Below are positions 1 to 13,760 of a DNA stretch of 64,000 nt, in pieces (within the stretch, counting starts at the first letter, position 1; every line of letters begins with the position of its first letter). This DNA is from Octopus sinensis. Its lineage: Eukaryota. The position numbers and the translations under genes were made by a program. The DNA is taken from assembly GCF_006345805.1 (NCBI RefSeq), contig NC_043010.1:49414001-49478000 (forward strand), written 5' to 3'. Under the pieces are notes generated by a model. It made no database searches, was not told the DNA's origin, and saw only the letters and a program-made list of their open reading frames with translations.

Positions 1-140
1 ATAGAAAAATGTGTCGCTCAAGAAGGACTTCAGTTTGAACAATTTTCATGATGTTTCATATTTAGATGCTTTTATTACATAAATAATTCTTGGAATTAAA
101 TGGTTTTGATTTACTGTCAGGTGACTTTTGGCCAACCCTG
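1..140 (+). mobile_element. 3' end of a Tc1/mariner-superfamily DNA transposon
   Basis: 1-51 translates IEKCVAQEGLQFEQFS*, resembling the C-terminal CIxxxGGHFEHL motif. Ends in gtgacttttggccaaccctg followed by TA (141-142), a mariner-like TIR plus TA target. Confidence 0.65.
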
Positions 141-2890
141 TATATGTGTCTATGTGTATGTATATGATAGATAGATAAATAAAAAACCTATAGATAATAG
201 ACACGCTATTCTTAAGATGTGCTTAAATTACAGATTTCATGCAACAGAATACTCGTTTTATCTTATTTAGTTTTAAATCAATTAGCATTGTATGTGTGTA
301 TGTGTACATGTGTGCATGTATGTGTGTATAAATAAATAAATAAATAAGTATGCAAACAATCAATATTTTTCTTAGTGTAAAGAAGATATATTTGCAAGCA
401 TGAAAGAATAATGATAAAATATATATCCATAACACATATACAGGGAAAAAAATCTTAAAAACAAAAGTAAATAATAAAATGATATTAAATAAAACATTTA
501 ATAAACATGAAAGAAAAAAAAAAGCTAAAAAATTTCATTATATATATCTATAAAAATAATGTGATTTGATATCTAAATGCAATAGCCAAGAATTTTAAGA
601 GACAGGATTCTCCTTTAGGCAGCTGTCCAAAATAAGACATTGTTGGAAATCTAGTAAATAAGCCAAATGCATATCTTGTGGCATATGCACATTTTACACC
701 TAAAAGTATGCAAGATATTTTGGTTCCTTACATAAATAAGTTGAAAACTGCATGCAATTTTGGACATCATTTAAAGCCAAAGAAAAAAGATTGTAAAAAA
801 AAATGGCAAAGAAAATAAATTTGAATACAATGAAATGTAAAAATGCATATGGAATAAAATGAAGTCAACAAAATTGGTGGGAGGGAGATGGCTGGAGAAC
901 TAAACTAATCTAATATTCAGAGCTGGTTTCAATGTAGGAAACACTACTACTTTAGTTTGAAAAGAGAACACCCACCAGTTTTTGTTAACTTTGTGTCTCT
1001 TATCAACTTTCATTTGTTGTTGCCCACTTTCCCAACTCCTTTACTGTTTGTTGAAAGCTACAGTTCTGATGTTCTATTAAATCTATGCACAATAATATAT
1101 TGAGTAAACAGCACTCTGGAAACTCTCTAACTGATGTAAATTTTTTTAGCATGGAAAAATATATGCAGAGAAAGAGAGAAAGAAGGAAAGCCAAGGATTT
1201 TATGGCACCATTTCTGATCTAGGTTATCCAATACAGAATGTGAAGTTTGCTTTAATGTACTCTCTGTATGATGCAAATCATTTATAATGGAGATCATCCT
1301 ATGATTGTTTTTAAAGGTATATTTAAATTTAAATATAAGGACAATTTATCTTAATATATGACTATAATACCTTTTATTTTTGATGTCATAGGGATAAATC
1401 AACAAACATAAAAGAGTAGCACATTTCAATAGTCACTTTGTGTTATCTAAATCTTATGTTAGGGTAGTAATTTAGCTGTTAAGAAAATATAGGAAGACCT
1501 TCAAGTAAACTGTGGCAAGGTGAAACATTCTGTGGTAATTTTCCTAAATGAAAACTGAAGTCTTTAAATAATTAACACAAATGGATTAACAGGCCAAAAT
1601 CAACTTGATTCTTTTTCCATCATATGCTTTCCTAATCTGGTAAATCAACACTGCACATCCACTGGATTATTACATTCAATTAATTCTTCACCAATCCTAG
1701 GGTATAGAGTAGAAATGACTCTTTAGTTGTTCTGAGGATAAGGCGATCTTCATGATAAAATGCACCTGGTAGACTCAGAAGGCAGCCACTCCAAATAAAA
1801 GCTGAATCAGACTATGATAAACTGTCCAACCCATGCCAGCATGAGAAAGAAGCCATAATGATAAAATATATTTGCTATCAGAAACAGCAGCGTCGTAATA
1901 ACTTAATCCCATCTTCATTACATAATCAGCAGTGACAAAATTGACACTAAAATCATTATGTAATTATACTCCTGGAGGCTGTACGTGCTGATAGCAATTC
2001 AGGTACATCTGGTGTATAATATATTATAATTTCTGATCAGTCTTTTGTGCAATTCCTGTTTGCACTAACAACTATCATGTTAATGGGATCCTTGTTGTAA
2101 AAACAGTCAGACATTGTTTGCCTTCAAGCAAAACCTTTTAAGTTTTGAACTTAATGCATTTTGTATCAGATCTACTAAAAGTTCTTGGGTATCAGTGCTA
2201 GCCAATATATGCTCAAAAATGTTGACTAAACCTTTTGGCTAGAAAAAGCCAAAGGCTTTTTACCCCAATATTTACATGCTATTATTTATAGTTTCAACTG
2301 CTTTGAGTTTAATCATTCCATAGAAGAATTTTTTCATGTTCTCTCAAAGACTCTAAATTCTTATAATGTCAACAATACACACACACAAACAAAACCCTTT
2401 TGAATATTTACCAATTCACTACAAAAGGATAAAGATAATTTCATAAAATAAAGCATGAGGAATATGAGACTATGTAATTGCTAACTCATCATCTTACAAA
2501 CACATACTTTTATAGCACTTTTGAGGTTCAAGATTGAAAAAACACTAATGTGAATTAGTAGCAGTTTCTTACAGAAAAAAAAATGAAATCCTGTACAATA
2601 ATCAAAAAAAAAATCTATCCTTTAGGTAATATTCTTGTTTTTTTTTTTCATTAATTAGTATTTCACTTCCATCATTTGTCTGGGCTTTGGGAACTGGGAC
2701 ACTAAGTGCTTCCTAATTAGTTCACCAGTTGAAAAAAAACCCAAAAAACATTGGGGATTGTTTTGTCTAAGAATCCTAAGTAAAAAAAAAAATGATTTAT
2801 AAAAATTTAATTGACGGTTAGCAAGTTTTTAAGATCGTGAAAATCAGCATTTATAATTGAATTGAATTCTAACTTTGCTCAGACGACTTA

Positions 2891-3331
2891 ACCCTTTTGG
2901 CATCACCTGTCTGAATTGCCCTTGGTTCTTTGATATTTACTTTCGGTTTTAAAGTGATCTAAATTACAATAGCTTAAGAAGATTATAAGTCAATCCAACC
3001 CAAAAAGGATGAAAGACAAAGTCAACCCTAGCGGCATTTGAATGTAAAATGCCACTAAGCATTTTGCCCTGTATGCTAATGATTTTGTCAGCTTGCCACC
3101 TTACACTAGCTTAATAATCCTTTCTACTATAGGCACAAGACCTGAAATTTGGGGGCAGGATATACTTGATTACATTGAACTCAGTAGTCAACTGGTACCT
3201 ATTTTATTGACCCCAAAATGATGAAAGGCAAAGCTGATCTTAATAATGACAATGTTATTTTATTGAATCTGTCATTATTTTCAAAATTAATTGAAACAAA
3301 GGCAGTGTATGTCAGATATATAACAAAAGGG
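2891..3331. mobile_element. Degenerate piggyBac-type MITE interrupted by SINE fragments
   Basis: ttaaccctttt at the left and aaaagggttaa at the right; SINE family B pieces lie inside at about 2985-3245. Confidence 0.4.
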
Positions 3332-3796
3332 TTAACTCTGAACATTTTTTGATGAGGAATTTTTTACATATAATCTAGAATCTAAAGAACAGTAAAAACA
3401 GACGCTTGCTTGTGATAAAGATGTTATAATCAAATTGCTGCAAGGAAAGTTACAGTGAAGTAGACCTTGCCAGCCTATAATATCAATCCTAATTTCTATT
3501 TAACCTAAACCAGATTCTAGGGTACATACAAATGATTGGCTGTGTTGACGATATCGGAAACATAATTAGCAGATCAAACATTAAAGTGAGGAAGAAAAAA
3601 AAAACATAGCAGTAATTCATTTCTTTTGAGAGAAAGCCTTTTCTTTTTCTTCTTTTTTTTTTTTTTATAAATTAGGTACAGCATTCAAATCAGTGTTTTC
3701 TAAATGTATAGCAAATTGCACTAATACTTATCTTGAGGAGATCAGCAGTGAAAGAAAAGCATGAGAGACACATCACAAGAAACACAGATCTCTTAC

Positions 3797-3930
3797 CTCC
3801 TTCTTTGACAAAGATCTTAAATCATAACCAATGGTGCTACCACTACTATAGCGGCTGCTGTACGAGCTGTAGGGTTTTGTCATGGAAGACAGCGGTGATG
3901 GATTACTTTCTTCAGGGACACTGTATAAAT
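3797..3930 (-). CDS. REEP: REEP1-4-like protein, Ser/Tyr-rich C-terminal exon
   Basis: Acceptor ttctctattattttag, donor GAG|gtaaga, 134 nt, phase 1-0, open throughout. Translates (D)LYSVPEESNPSPLSSMTKPYSSYSSRYSSGSTIGYDLRSLSKKE. Phase matches exon 13761-13880. Confidence 0.8.
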
Positions 3931-6900
3931 CTAAAATAATAGAGAAGGTGTTATAAATTAACTGGAAACAACAATTAAATTAGGCTCTGGGCTGCATTGG
4001 ATTTTATTAACATTTATTCTCTTCAGCAACAATTTCTTTGAAACAATAAAAAAAGGGTGGAGTGGAGAACAAAAACAATATGACCACTTGGAAATTCCTT
4101 GGTGGAGCATTTTGCACTCTAAATACAAATACCGAAATTATCAAAATAATTGGTGAACAAAAACTTCCTCTAGGTAAAATAACACCAATATGATCAGTTG
4201 ATTGAAATTTTTGAACATAGACAATGCACATTGGAGTGTAACAGACCATTAAAGCCAAATGGTGAGAACAACAGATGTGTTTCAGTCTTATTAAACCTCC
4301 TTGGCATATTCTACATTGCATGATTAAGAGTGATCTCTTTCTTTCTCTCTCTCACATATATATATATATATATATATAGGGAGGGAGGGAGGGAGGGAGA
4401 GAGAGTAGTGAAACTGATTGTTGATGGAAAATACTTCAGAGGAGTGTTCTGCTTACTAAATACAATTATGGTACTATAGTGAGGTGAAAAACTGATGAAC
4501 GGAAATTATCCAACGGAAATTAGTGAGTAAAACTCCTAGGAAAGATAGACAAGTAAAAGTGGTAAGCTCAATAAAATTAACTGATAAAATTTAAGAGTTA
4601 CTACATTCTGAACTAGAATATATAACTCACAGTCTTGCCATCTGAGTAGAATATGCTTGGCCAAAGAGGTCTAATAAGACTGAAACATGCCCACTACTTG
4701 GGCCTTAAAAGCCAGATCTACTCCAGCCTGTATTTGTCTATACTGTCCAAAAATTTCAACCATCTGATCTTATTGGTGTTAACTCACTTTTAAACACATC
4801 TAGAGAGTTTTGATCCACAAATTGCTTGGATGTTCTCAAAAGATCAATGTTTTGCAGCTCATTAGATTACATATATGAGAGTACACTATATTTGGAAAAG
4901 AATATTAACTTGTATCTATGTGTTGCTCAGTAACTTCTGTCTACTTGTTAAATACCTATTGATTTTACCACCAGTATATTTATGACGCTTGCTCTATATG
5001 CCCTTGGTTAATGAGAAATATATGACAGACCCTGACAAGACTCACTTCAATACTCAGAAGCACGGTATGATATTCAAACGATCCTTCTTGTTTCTCTTTG
5101 TGAATATTACTTAACAGAAGTGAGAGACAGTCATAAGTGACTCAAAATATTGAACATCAGTTAGTTTGATGAAGATTTCAGTAAGAGTTTAGCTTCAGCA
5201 GTTCAGAAGAAAGAAAAAGAAGGAAAAGACAGTTTTAGATTAGGAACTTTATTTACAAAATGTTTAAAAATGTGAGTTTTATCGGTGGCAGCTAGAAAAG
5301 AAGCTTACTCTACACAATTTTTTTTTTGCTTTTTATATTTAATTTCCTGTTGTTTTCAATTACTTTAATGAGTACCATAATTATCTCAGTCTCAAAACAC
5401 CAGTAATGTTGATTAAATTTCAAATATGTGGGCAATAATTCATAGCATCTGCAATTCAAAAGGTATAATCAAGTCATTATATAGTCTGAAACTCAATCGA
5501 AAAAAGACAGGAATATGTCTGAAACAATGTTCTTCATCTAGATTTGAACTCAAAGGGCAATTTGCAATATAGATTTATGAAAATAAAATCTATTTGCATA
5601 TCAATCTTAAATGATTCTACAATTCTGACATTGTTATGAGCATTTAGAAAAAGTAGCAATTTAAACTATCAGCCTTAAAACTTGAGACTGATACAATGCA
5701 AAATGCAATACAAAAATGTAATCAGAACAACAGTTGATGTCCATCTTGTATTTTTGTTTTTTTCAGTATTTCGGTGTAAGGACCCCTTCATCAAGACATT
5801 TTAACGATTGTTCTGTTTTTGCTTCTGTAATTCTTTGCATTGTTTTGGCCTTAACAAGTTTTTATCTAATTTAATATCATGTTTCATCCAAACTACTCTA
5901 ATTTAAGTTGTATTTTTTTTTTTATGAAAAATATTTTATAAATGAAGCTTTTGGAATTTGGATCTCTTGACTATATTTGGATAACATGTAATTTTTATGA
6001 AGAAATCTATATAGAACAAGGTTAAGTAAACAATACTTAATTCTGACAAGAGAGAAGCTAAGAAGAAGCAAAGAGAATGAGAAAAGGAAGAAACTGAGAG
6101 ATAGGAAAAAAGATACAGGAATAAAATTTCTAAATATACAAGTAACTTATACACCTCACTTCTGTATATTTTTCCATTAATAACTTTTGTTTAGAAAAAA
6201 ATATTAATGAGAGAGAGAGAGGGGGGTATTGAGCTATAAATGTATAGCTCAATAGAAATTCATTGCATGGTGTACATATCTAATATACTTCACAGATTAC
6301 ATATTTTATCAGAGCTACTTCATCGCATCAGTAAGTGTTTCACAAGCAAACAAACCCCTCTTGACATGTGCTGAGTTTATCAACTTGTTAAAACAAGATT
6401 TGAGGAGATAAGAACGACAGTTCATCACCATATGTGTAAGTGTGTGTAAGTGAGTTTACATATATCAGTTTTCCAGTTAATTGATACTGCATATTAAATA
6501 CATATATGTATATTTTTTTTGCCCGTATCTAGCAAAAATGTGTTAAATGAAATATTATAGTCTTCCTTTTAACAACTTGTGCCAGAATATTGCATAAATA
6601 ATTACTAAAATAAGACATAGCAATAATTGAAAATGTTATTAGTTACTTTCAATTTCAATTTAACAATTATAATTGACATCCAATGAAGAGATAATATGAT
6701 GCATTTTGTACAACAGTAAGATATGTATTGGTAAATTGTACAAAATGGTTAAACTTAATTTAAAATAATAAATTGTTTATCTTTGTTATCAAACAGATAA
6801 TGGCAAGTATTGCATTGGAGCTCATCACTGCCTTGGAGAATCTTGGCAGTTGTGGTAATGACATTGAATGAAGATTGGTAGTGACAATGATGATGGTCGC

Positions 6901-7408
6901 AGACCGATTTCATGGACAGACCCAGAGCCAAATGTGATTCTGGTGCAGTTTCCATTTACTCTTGTTTATTTGAACCAAGGAAGCCATTGAATTAAGTTTC
7001 TTTGTAATTGCTCTACAAATTCATTTACAGTTATTTCAATATTAATTAATACTGATCATTCAATGAATAAATATTTGAAAGTGTTTGCCTGCCATTTGAT
7101 CAAGGTTTAGCTGTAATAATGACATAACTTTTCATAGTTGTCAGGCATGCAGCATTTCTGCTGGAAATAGTGCAGAATGATATGGGAATACAAGATTTGG
7201 TTGTTGTTCTGCACATAAATAATTTTTATGAAATGCTTATTGAATTCATTGTCTGAATGTTTGAACAAACCAGATAGAAAACAGTAGACGCCATATGTTG
7301 AATGCCATTTTATTGCACAAATGTTTAATTTTGGATGATACAACAGAGTTCCATTGTAGGATATAACCGTTTCAGGCTATCTTTCAATGGTGTAGATTTT
7401 ATAGAATA

Positions 7409-8210
7409 CTAGCTGAATTACTCGGCATTGCCCAGGTTACTGCTGTTCTTATTCAGAATAGTAAACAATAGATTTGAGGATATACTTTTTATTCTCATAA
7501 TTATTTCAAAATATCTATATTTTATTTTAAAATATTCAAATTGTAACGATAATAGAATTTAGAACTGAAAACTTGTTAATCTTGAAGCACCTCAGGGTAA
7601 ACAATATTCATTATGTAATCTTTTGTTGGTATCCAAATGAATAAATTGTTGCTGCTTCCAACTCGTGAGCAACCAACATAGAGTTGGCTGTGAGAGAAGC
7701 ATGTAGTAGTGAGATTAAGTGCAACCACCTTGAGGGACTGACCCTGAGATTTGTTAATTGAACTACCAAAACTTAGTTTGACTGGAAACTGAAGCCTCTT
7801 AAATTCAATTGGAACATCTGTAGGTATGAGAGGAAGTTTTGGAATAAAGACATTTTCTACTTTGTAACTACCTGTTATTATTGATGCCCCAAAGGAATGG
7901 GGCTTCATGGAAGTAATAATGAAGCAAGTTCCATTACACAGGCGAGGAGGGTCAAGATTCCTAAGCAACATAATGGGAGCATTCAACTTTAGTGTCAAGT
8001 TATGCGGTGACATCACAGTGGTTTAAGTGTGTTCAGAAATTCAACAGGGTATTGAACAGCCTGATCTCAATCGACTGTTGTGTAAATTAATGGAAAAGAC
8101 ATTTCTGATGGATCTGTTAACTTTTGAAGAAGTTCATGATTGAGTTTATCAGCCATTTCATTAGCTGGAGCCAGTATAGCTCTTTCACATAGCCAATTTA
8201 CATCAATGGA
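7409..8210 (-). mobile_element. 5'-truncated Helitron: PIF1-family helicase C-terminus plus intact 3' terminus
   Basis: ORF 7576-8016 has LLRNLDPPRLCNGT, KRLQFPVKLSF, SINKSQGQSL, FSHSQLYVGCSRVGS. Upstream frame gives WLCERAILAP and YPVEFLNTL across a stop and a frameshift. Ends with hairpin cctgggcaatgccgag (7421-7436) then CTAG (7409-7412) followed by T. Confidence 0.92.
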
Positions 8211-9059
8211 ATTGACAATCACGCATACACTGACATGCATACACTAAAATAGACAACAGAGACACTCATTTATGTAATGAACATGCAAACACACACACAC
8301 ACACACTCATATACAAAATGTGACATTGTTGTCGTGGTATAAAATGTCCTTTATTACAGTTGACTATAGAAAGATTATTTTAGATAAAATATTATATTGT
8401 TTTAATCCAAATGAAAATAAAAATTACATGTTGACACTTGCGGGGTCTAATACCTTGTGAAATTTGATATGATTAGGTTGAGCTGTCTGAGAATGCATAG
8501 GGAACAGACAGAGAGAGAGAAAGAATTTTATATAGAGAGAGATTACTTATACGCATTTCAACTAAAGGCTGCAATCATATTGGAGTACTACCTTTGCTAA
8601 TGTTTCATTAGTAGTCATTGCAACATAAGGACATTTCAAAAGTGAATCAATGGCAATACACATTTTTTTTTTTTGTTATTGTAATATGGCCCAGTATAGT
8701 TGATATGTATTCACTGCCATGGCCCAAATATTTTTGTTCTTTCATTTGGTTTTTTATTTAGAGCATTAGCAAATGATTGATATACTAAGCATGATTTGAC
8801 AAGTATATCTCTACTGGACTGCAGTTTCAACCAGTAGCAGTATCTGCAACTTATGTTTAATTTGGACCATGCACTAATAATCATCAAGCAGTTGAGTGAA
8901 AATTTTACTTTGAAATATTTTTGAAATAACTATCCTAGGGAAATTGGACCACAAAATTTAATATATTCCTGTGATAATTAATTGCATCACATTTTGTCCA
9001 TTATTCTCTTTAATGTTTAGTTTTTCAAGCCAACCATTATTGATGAATTGTTTAATTCA

Positions 9060-10090
9060 AATAATATCAATATCAGACTTTATGGCTGATTCAACTTCTT
9101 TAGTAGTAACAGACATTCCATAGAGACTTTCATCAATAATTTGATGTATTTTAAATCCAGATAAAATATGATGTCTTTGACTTTCATGAAAATTGTAATT
9201 AAGTTCGATCAACAGTCTGGATAATGCATCAGCATTTCTGTGTTGCTTCAAAGCTTTATAATATACTGCATAACATCCTCAATGTTGTAGTCTTTAAGAC
9301 CTAAACACCAGCATATTATTATCTGGTGAGTGTACGTGTATTAGTAGCTTGTGATCAGTGATTAATTCAGCATGAAAACCCAACATAATAGAGAATCCCT
9401 TGTTACCTATTCATAAATATCCAGTGAGCCAATAAATATTCAACTCCATTTCCATGCTGTAACAGAACTTCAATGATGACTGAGCAATACATCTACATCT
9501 AAAATTAGTAACAAATTTTCATTGTAATGTTTGAAAAGCTCTATGGCATCAATCACTTGTTGTTCAATCATCTGACCATTTCAATGATACCTTGTTTTTC
9601 ATTAAATTATGTAACAGTACAGTAAGGCCTGCCATGGTCTCAATGAACATAGGATAGGATAATATCCAACTTTTGAAACAAATTCTAATACTTCATTTGC
9701 ATTTTTCTTTTTTTTACTTAATTGTAACTGTGAAGACAGAAAAAGTGTATTTCTATCAAATATTTTTTGTGATTCTTCTGTTAACTTGCTTAGTAAATAA
9801 GTATCTTTAAAATTCCTGTATACAGATATTTTTCCATTCTCCAACTTACAGAATACTCCACCATATTTGAGCACTATTTAGCATTCTTTAGTCAGTTTCT
9901 CGACAATTTAAAATTGTTCAGATACAAATTTTGCCATCTAGCTTCCAAATAGATAAAAGAGACACATCCCAATTGCTGTAGTCTAATGGTTCCAATGAAC
10001 TGTTCAATTTTTACTAATTTTGCTTTTGAAAATGGTAATAGTCTGACCTGTGAATTTATCAGTTTCTTGCCTAGATGAAGTTGAATTAGC
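9060..10090 (-). mobile_element. Highly degenerate Ty3/Gypsy LTR retrotransposon pol remnant (RT to RNase H)
   Basis: ENGKISVYRNFKDT resembles KNGKIRICGDFKVT; LITDHKLL and HRNADALSRL match the Gypsy RNase H end. Many stops and deletions. Confidence 0.7.
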
Positions 10091-11409
10091 ATGCATTTTC
10101 ATGCTTCAGGAAACGAAAATTAACTTAAAATATTTAGTACATAAATTGTGAAGTTTATCTTTAATATTAAAATCAGTTGAATTATCAACATTATTTACAA
10201 TATCAGTAAAACTACTGAGCACAGGTGCCTAATTCATTCTGAATAGGTTTGAAACCATTTCAGAATAAATAACAATAGTTTCAAAATTTTATCATTTATT
10301 TCCAATTTTAATATTAATTATAAATTTTACTGATATGGATTCTAACAGTAGGGATATAAGAATTTTATATGCATTTAAATCATTCAAAGTTTTAGTGGTA
10401 CTAGTATCTAATTTGTATTTAATCAACTTATTGATTTGTACTGAAATACAACATTTATTCCTGTTTTCATACAAACATTTTTTTTCATTTATTTCAAAGT
10501 AATATCAATATTTAATTCGTTTGACTTGTATGTACTAATGACATAATTATTTTCATGATGATGATAATTTAAAAATTTGTTTGATAATTTCTTTTTTAAA
10601 TTTGAAATTATTATTACATGTGTCTATGAGAGAAACAATTATCATTCAGATTTTATGCCCTGTGCACATTCACTAAAAGATCAATTTTTCCATGTGAATT
10701 ACATTTTTTATCCTTATGTAGGCAACCGTTTCTTTTTGTGATCAGTATAACATTATACATAAAGATATTTATAAATTAACACATAACAGGTGTGACTGTC
10801 ATGTAGATATATTTTCCAAATTAAATGAAGCTAACCAATTACCAGAATGTTACATTCTTAATGACATTTATCAAAATTTCCCAATTAAAAAAACCAAAAC
10901 CCAAAAAAAAAAAAAAAAAATGGAATTTCGGGTTGCTTGCTTATCAACTATCTACAAATTTCTTATTTCAATTAAACAAGGAAGCCCCATCAGGAGATTT
11001 GACAAATGAAACTGTAGCTAAATCAGTTCCTTTTATTAAAAAAAAAAAGTGTATATGAAGAGTTATTTAACTTAGTTTCTGACATTAAGTGAAACAGAAA
11101 CTAGAGAAGCTTCCTTTTTATAGAAGTGCTATATATAATCATGTATTACAAGAGCTACATACTTTTTAAAAAACTTACAAATGATTGCAAATACAGAATT
11201 GGTCTATAATTAAACTTTTAAAATACAGTTCCAAATATTAAGTGCAGGCATAGCTGTGTGCTTAACAAGTATGCTTCCCAACTGTATGGCTTCAGGTTCA
11301 GTTCAACTGGGTGATACCTCCAACAACTGTCTTCTATACTTATAGCCCAGGTCAACCAAAACCTTGTGAATGGATGTGCATGTGTTGCTTTGTCTTAACC
11401 TTGCACATA

Positions 11410-11794
11410 GGTGCAAGAGTGGATGTGTGGTAAGTAGCTTGCTTACCAGCCACATGGTTCCGGGTTCAGTCCCACTGTGTGGCACCTTGGGCAAGTGTCT
11501 TCTACTATATCCTCGGGTCAACCAAAGCCTTGTGAGTGGATTTGGTAGATGGAAACTGAAAGAAGCCCGTCATATATATATGTATGTATATGTTTGTGTG
11601 TCTATGTTTGTCCCCCCAACGTTACTTCACAACCAATGCTGGTGTGCTTAAGTCACCATCACTTAGCGGTTCAGTAAGAGAGACCAATACAATAAGTACT
11701 AGGCTTACAAAGAATAAGTCCTGGGGTTGATTTGCTTGACTAAATGCGGTGCTCCAGCATGGCCACAGTCAATTGACTGAAACAAATTAAAGAA
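11410..11794 (+). mobile_element. tRNA-derived SINE family A (Octopus OK/OR-type), full length, with an older partial head at about 11244-11390
   Basis: Head with A/B-box-like gtggatgtgtggtaag and ggttcagtccc, internal TA/TG microsatellite, tail gactgaaacaa. Homologous copies elsewhere in the window. Confidence 0.85.
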
Positions 11795-11799
11795 TTAAT

Positions 11800-12030
11800 A
11801 GTTGTAAACGAGTGTCACAATCGTTCAGGAAAGTGTTGCTCGTTGCCAATCATCTACGAAAACAGGCCTGGTCATGGGGAAAATATTACCTTAGTTGAAA
11901 CAGGTGAAGGTTGGCAAAAGGAAGGGCATCCTGTGATAGAAAATCTGCTTCAACAAATTCCATCTGATCCATGCAAGCATAGAAAAGTGGATGTGAAAAA
12001 AAAACCGATCATGATGATAATGATAATCAT
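11800..12030 (+). mobile_element. Repeat ending in the RTE-type tail (ccatgcaagcat...gatgat)
   Basis: Similar to 28010-28140; shares its tail with LINE-derived pieces in the window. Confidence 0.55.
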
Positions 12031-12363
12031 TTATTTTACTGAAACTTACCTGAAACAAATCAATATGTTTATGGAATGTTTCTCACTTTTTTTTTTAAGT
12101 TGTCTATTTGAATTATTCATTGTTCTAGGATTTAGGACTTAAAGAACAAAACCTGTTTGGAAAATTAATATGTAAATATGAAACTCCAAAAATCAGATAC
12201 CTTCCCTAAAAGTTTTTTTTGCTTTCTTTTTCTAAGATTATTCTTACAAAAGTAGTTTTTATGCCAGGATAAAAAAAATTTATGAGAAGACATTTTAGTA
12301 AAAGACTTGCAGCTTTAAAATTAGGCTACAAGATTAACTATTAAAAAAAAAAGGAAAAGAGTA

Positions 12364-13173
12364 AGGTGCAGGCATGGACATGTGGTTAAGAAGATTCTTT
12401 TTCTACCATGTGCTTTTGGGTTTGTCTTGTCTTGGGTTGAGCTGGCTTCATTCATCCTCAGTGCTGCATCTCTCACAAACGCCGACCAGGCCTGGCAATT
12501 TGAGGCTAACGACTGTGTGATCTCCAACCACTCCCTATTCCAGCAGCAAACGCCGTAGACATGGAGGCCTAAGTTGGGTTCCAGATCAGCCTTGACTATC
12601 ATCAGCCAGGTTTTTCGTTGTCCACCACATCGTTTTTGCCAACCCTGAAGGGGAGCTGGGGCAATTGCTACGTAGATGAATTCGCATGGTCGATGACGGA
12701 GGGCATGACCCAGCCAACGCAGACGTCTCGTTAGGATGACTTGTCGGAGGGAGGTGGTTTTGCACTGTTGTCACACCGAATTGTTGGAGACAAAGTGATG
12801 CCATCAGACACATGAAGGATGCGACTTTTGGGTTTAGTCCCAATCCATGCAATACCGTGGGCAAGTATCTTCTGCAATAGCGCCTGTGAGTGAATTTGGT
12901 AGACGGAAACTGCATGGAAGCCTACCGTGTACATGCGTGTGTGCATGTGATTGTGCTTGCCTCCTCCCGCTTCCACCATTAGATAACTGGTGTTGGTTTG
13001 TTTACATCCCCCTAACTTAGCAGTTCAGCAGAAGAGGCCAATTGGATAAATATCAGATTTGAGTAAGTTAAAAAAACACAAAAGTACTGGTGTCAATTTG
13101 GTCAACTAAATCCTCCAAGGTTGTGTCCCCAGCATGGCCACAGTCCAATAACTAAAACAAGTACAAGATAAGA
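12364..13173 (+). mobile_element. SINE family A copy split by a LINE insertion
   Basis: Head at 12364-12423 resumes at 12825 (cttttgggtttagtccc) and runs to the aaacaagtacaag tail. Confidence 0.8.
12424..12824 (-). mobile_element. 5'-truncated RTE-clade LINE (ORF2 C-terminus) with 11-bp target-site duplication
   Basis: Translates TRRLRWLGHALRH...GGQRKTWLMIVKADL...WSAFVRDA. Ends in a (CAAGA)n tail; flanked by cttttgggttt at 12413-12423 and 12825-12835; GC-rich relative to surroundings. Confidence 0.88.
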
Positions 13174-13760
13174 AATAATCTAATTATCTAAAGTTTAGTT
13201 ATCTGAGTTAATATGATATCAACCTGAAGTAGAGTAAGAGATTACAGTCTTATTAGCATATTTCATTACCTGTAAATAGGTACCAAGTAATGAATATAAC
13301 ATGCCCCTGCATAACTGACAAATATTTTATTACCTTTCAGCAGTGCTAAACTTAAATCCTACAATGGGTTAGTTTTTTTTTTTTGTGCGTGTGTTTTTAT
13401 TAACTCTTGAAATCAATAACATTAATTGCCCATTGATGGACGCAGTTCATTAGGGAGAGGTCACAATAGTGGCTTTATTTATCACACTTGCATAAAATTA
13501 ATATTATTGATTAATTGAATACTGTCCTAATGAGATGTACAAAGAAAGAGTCAGTTTAGGTTATAATAAACTCACAGCTATTTACAAAGATAAGGCTATT
13601 TTTCAAAAACGAAACGCAAGAAAAAAAGGAAAATAGCAATAATAGATTTTTTAATGTTTTCCCGCCACCTCTTCCTAGTTTTTCTTCTTTTTGCATTGTT
13701 ATGAAGGGTAAACTGATATTACAATTCTATGTGTGTGTGTGTGTGTGTGTGTAAACTTAC

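Noticed and set aside
4027-4173. Plus-strand candidate exon (ttcag...ctag|gtaaaa; MTTWKFLGGAF...)
   Set aside because: Splice-like sites are present, but there is no recognisable homology or partner exon.
4490-4525. CTGATGA...GAAA hammerhead-like string
   Set aside because: No consistent stem I, II or III pairing.
11410-11480. tRNA-like A/B boxes in SINE heads as tRNA genes
   Set aside because: They are SINE heads with no complete cloverleaf.
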